A stretch of DNA of 32,000 nt from Candidatus Iainarchaeum sp. (GTDB lineage Archaea > Iainarchaeota > Iainarchaeia > Iainarchaeales > JAZDEL01): positions 30,001-62,000 of the forward strand of contig JAZDEL010000004.1 in assembly GCA_043808785.1 (NCBI GenBank). The letters are read 5' to 3'. This document shows positions 30,632 to 32,000 of the stretch, piece after piece (positions within the stretch are counted from its first letter, which is position 1; each line of letters starts with the position of its first letter). Made by a program: the position numbers and the translations under genes. A model generated the notes under the pieces. The model did not search any database. It saw nothing but the letters and a program-made list of their open reading frames with translations, and had not been told where the DNA came from.

Positions 30632-31225
30632 CTACCATGGGTCGTTTAATTCCCGGATGCCCACTATGCTGCCGTAATCTTTTACATAATATTTAATTTT
30701 TCTTTCGGTTAAGCCGAACTCGTAAAGCTCTTTCAGGAGTTTTACATCATTATGGCAGTAATCTTTTACTCTTTGCATTTCTCCAGCAGCCCACATCTTA
30801 GGCACTAATTTGCCATCCTCAGTTTTCGCCAAACCAAGGTTCAGTTTCGCGAGGTCATTGAGGCTTGCATACTGGCGGGTTCTCCGTTTTATGGTCTGAA
30901 AAAAATCTAACGTTTTTTTACCAATCTTTTGCAGAACATTCAACGCATCATGCGGCTGCAAAACCAGATAATCAAAATCAACTATATTGTGCCCGACCAC
31001 CATATCGAAACTGCCTAATTTTTCAAGCAGGGCCTTTTCTTCGGCTTCTTCATACTCATACTTCTCGCCGCTATCCGACAGCACGCAAGCGCAAGCCATG
31101 CCAAGTTTCGGGGTCAGTTTGCAACGAAGCAGTTCTTTCTGCGACCAGGAATAAGTCTGGTAATGAGGATCGACATCCTCAAACAGGCGTTTTGTTTCTA
31201 TATCAAAAAAACCAATGTGACCCAT
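30632..31225 (-). CDS. DEDDy 3'-5' exonuclease related to the PolB exonuclease domain (197 aa)
   Basis: Track ORF. Motifs: ExoI GFFDIETK (D-x-E), ExoII VVGHNIVDFDYLVL (N-x3-D), and ExoIII DYCHNDVKLLKELY (Y-x3-D). The ATG at 31225 directly abuts the stop (31228-31226) of the upstream gene. Low-GC region. Confidence 0.65.
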   Translation of the reverse strand: MGHIGFFDIETKRLFEDVDPHYQTYSWSQKELLRCKLTPKLGMACACVLSDSGEKYEYEEAEEKALLEKLGSFDMVVGHNIVDFDYLVLQPHDALNVLQKIGKKTLDFFQTIKRRTRQYASLNDLAKLNLGLAKTEDGKLVPKMWAAGEMQRVKDYCHNDVKLLKELYEFGLTERKIKYYVKDYGSIVGIRELNDPW

Positions 31226-32000
31226 CTAACCATACCCCATAAATTCCGATGTTGCGCCCGGGAAACATTTTTTCTTAAAGTTGCAATAAGTGCAGTCGCT
31301 TTCATTATCTGTTTTCGGAAACTTGCCTTCGGATGCGCTATTTTTAGTGCCCTCGTCAAGCATGGACTTCATCTGCGCAATGCTTTCCCGCATGTAGTTT
31401 TTTACCTGGGCAGCATCCGAATTTGAAAAAGTTTTCTCCTCAAAAAAGCCATCCTTAAGATATACTTTTTTCAGTTCAATTTGGGCAGGCGACAAATTTT
31501 CATTTTTTGAAAAGAACGGCAGGAAAATGTTGTTCTTCAAAACGGAATCCTCTTCGGCAGATTCGCCCCTTGCTGATGTCGTCCAGTCGTATAAAGTCAA
31601 ATTTCCGCCGCTTAACACCCCGAACCTGAACATGGCAAAAACACGGGTGTCCTCAAAATAGAAGACGGGGAACCCCTTCGCATCGTAGTCCTTCGGAAAA
31701 CGCCAGGTCTTAGGGTCTGAAGCCTTAATTTCCCTCAGAAGTTCCGAGTTAAGGAAGGCGGCGAGGCAGCTTTTGGCAAGTTCCAATTTTTCCTTAACAA
31801 AATCGTCATCCACAATCCGCGAATACTCGTGGTCCTGCAAGATAAGGCCTTTGGACCGATCCTTTTTCAAGGCACGGTTTTTTGACCCCTCAAGCCCCTC
31901 CCTAAATTGCCGCTCCAGCCCCGACAACAGCACGCCCCCTTCAACCTCGCGCCCCTTCTTTAATTCAACAAGAAAATAAGCAATCGAATTAGAAACGAGT
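31226..32000 (-). CDS. Cas4/AddB-like Fe-S (CxxCx5C) nuclease-fold protein; its N-terminus probably lies beyond the right window edge
   Basis: The track ORF starts at the GTG at 31933, but I translated 31934-31999 in the same frame (LVSNSIAYFLVELKKGREVEGG) and found no stop, so the ORF is open to the edge. The C-terminus DCTYCNFKKKC is the Cas4/AddB cluster motif, with a candidate first Cys in AKSCLAAF. The expected hhDYKT motif reads LYDWTT (Lys absent). Confidence 0.5.
   Translation of the reverse strand, partial: LVSNSIAYFLVELKKGREVEGGVLLSGLERQFREGLEGSKNRALKKDRSKGLILQDHEYSRIVDDDFVKEKLELAKSCLAAFLNSELLREIKASDPKTWRFPKDYDAKGFPVFYFEDTRVFAMFRFGVLSGGNLTLYDWTTSARGESAEEDSVLKNNIFLPFFSKNENLSPAQIELKKVYLKDGFFEEKTFSNSDAAQVKNYMRESIAQMKSMLDEGTKNSASEGKFPKTDNESDCTYCNFKKKCFPGATSEFMGYG

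Overview
Most likely a chromosomal fragment of an uncultivated archaeon. The evidence is pilin genes with class III signal peptides, a FlaI/FlaJ-type assembly pair, an archaeosortase-like gene, and TTTAAA-type TATA boxes about 25-33 nt upstream of several start codons. The phylum cannot be determined from the sequence alone. Layout: (i) 1-2416: a minus-strand operon of a membrane protein and a large secreted protein. The secreted protein runs off the left edge and is missing from the ORF track. (ii) 2515-5011: two overlapping genes for extremely acidic low-complexity proteins, one membrane-anchored and one ending in a double zinc ribbon. (iii) 5039-14546: a minus-strand type IV pilus-like locus with a 762-aa secretion ATPase, a 779-aa double-T2SSF membrane platform, and seven downstream genes with pilin-like or hydrophobic N-termini. 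(iv) 14655-20510: an internally duplicated surface protein of about 1300 aa with a C-terminal TM anchor, a polytopic membrane protein, and an archaeosortase-family protein. (v) 20531-24060: an AbrB-type antitoxin with a 17-codon PIN toxin stump, followed by a low-GC island. The island carries a GIY-YIG-like gene, a small protein plus retropepsin-like protease, a wHTH regulator, a membrane protein, and a lipoprotein gene broken by a perfect 37-bp tandem duplication. (vi) 24061-29584: glyoxylate/hydroxypyruvate reductase and glycerate kinase flanking a 1038-aa Cys-rich beta-helix exoprotein. (vii) 29636-32000: an RHH-PIN toxin-antitoxin pair, a 310-bp non-coding gap, and a second low-GC block. 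This block holds a PolB-exo-like DEDDy exonuclease and a Cas4-like Fe-S nuclease-fold gene that runs off the right edge. I recognised no rRNA, tRNA or CRISPR array. All family assignments come from motif reading by eye and need HMM or BLAST confirmation.
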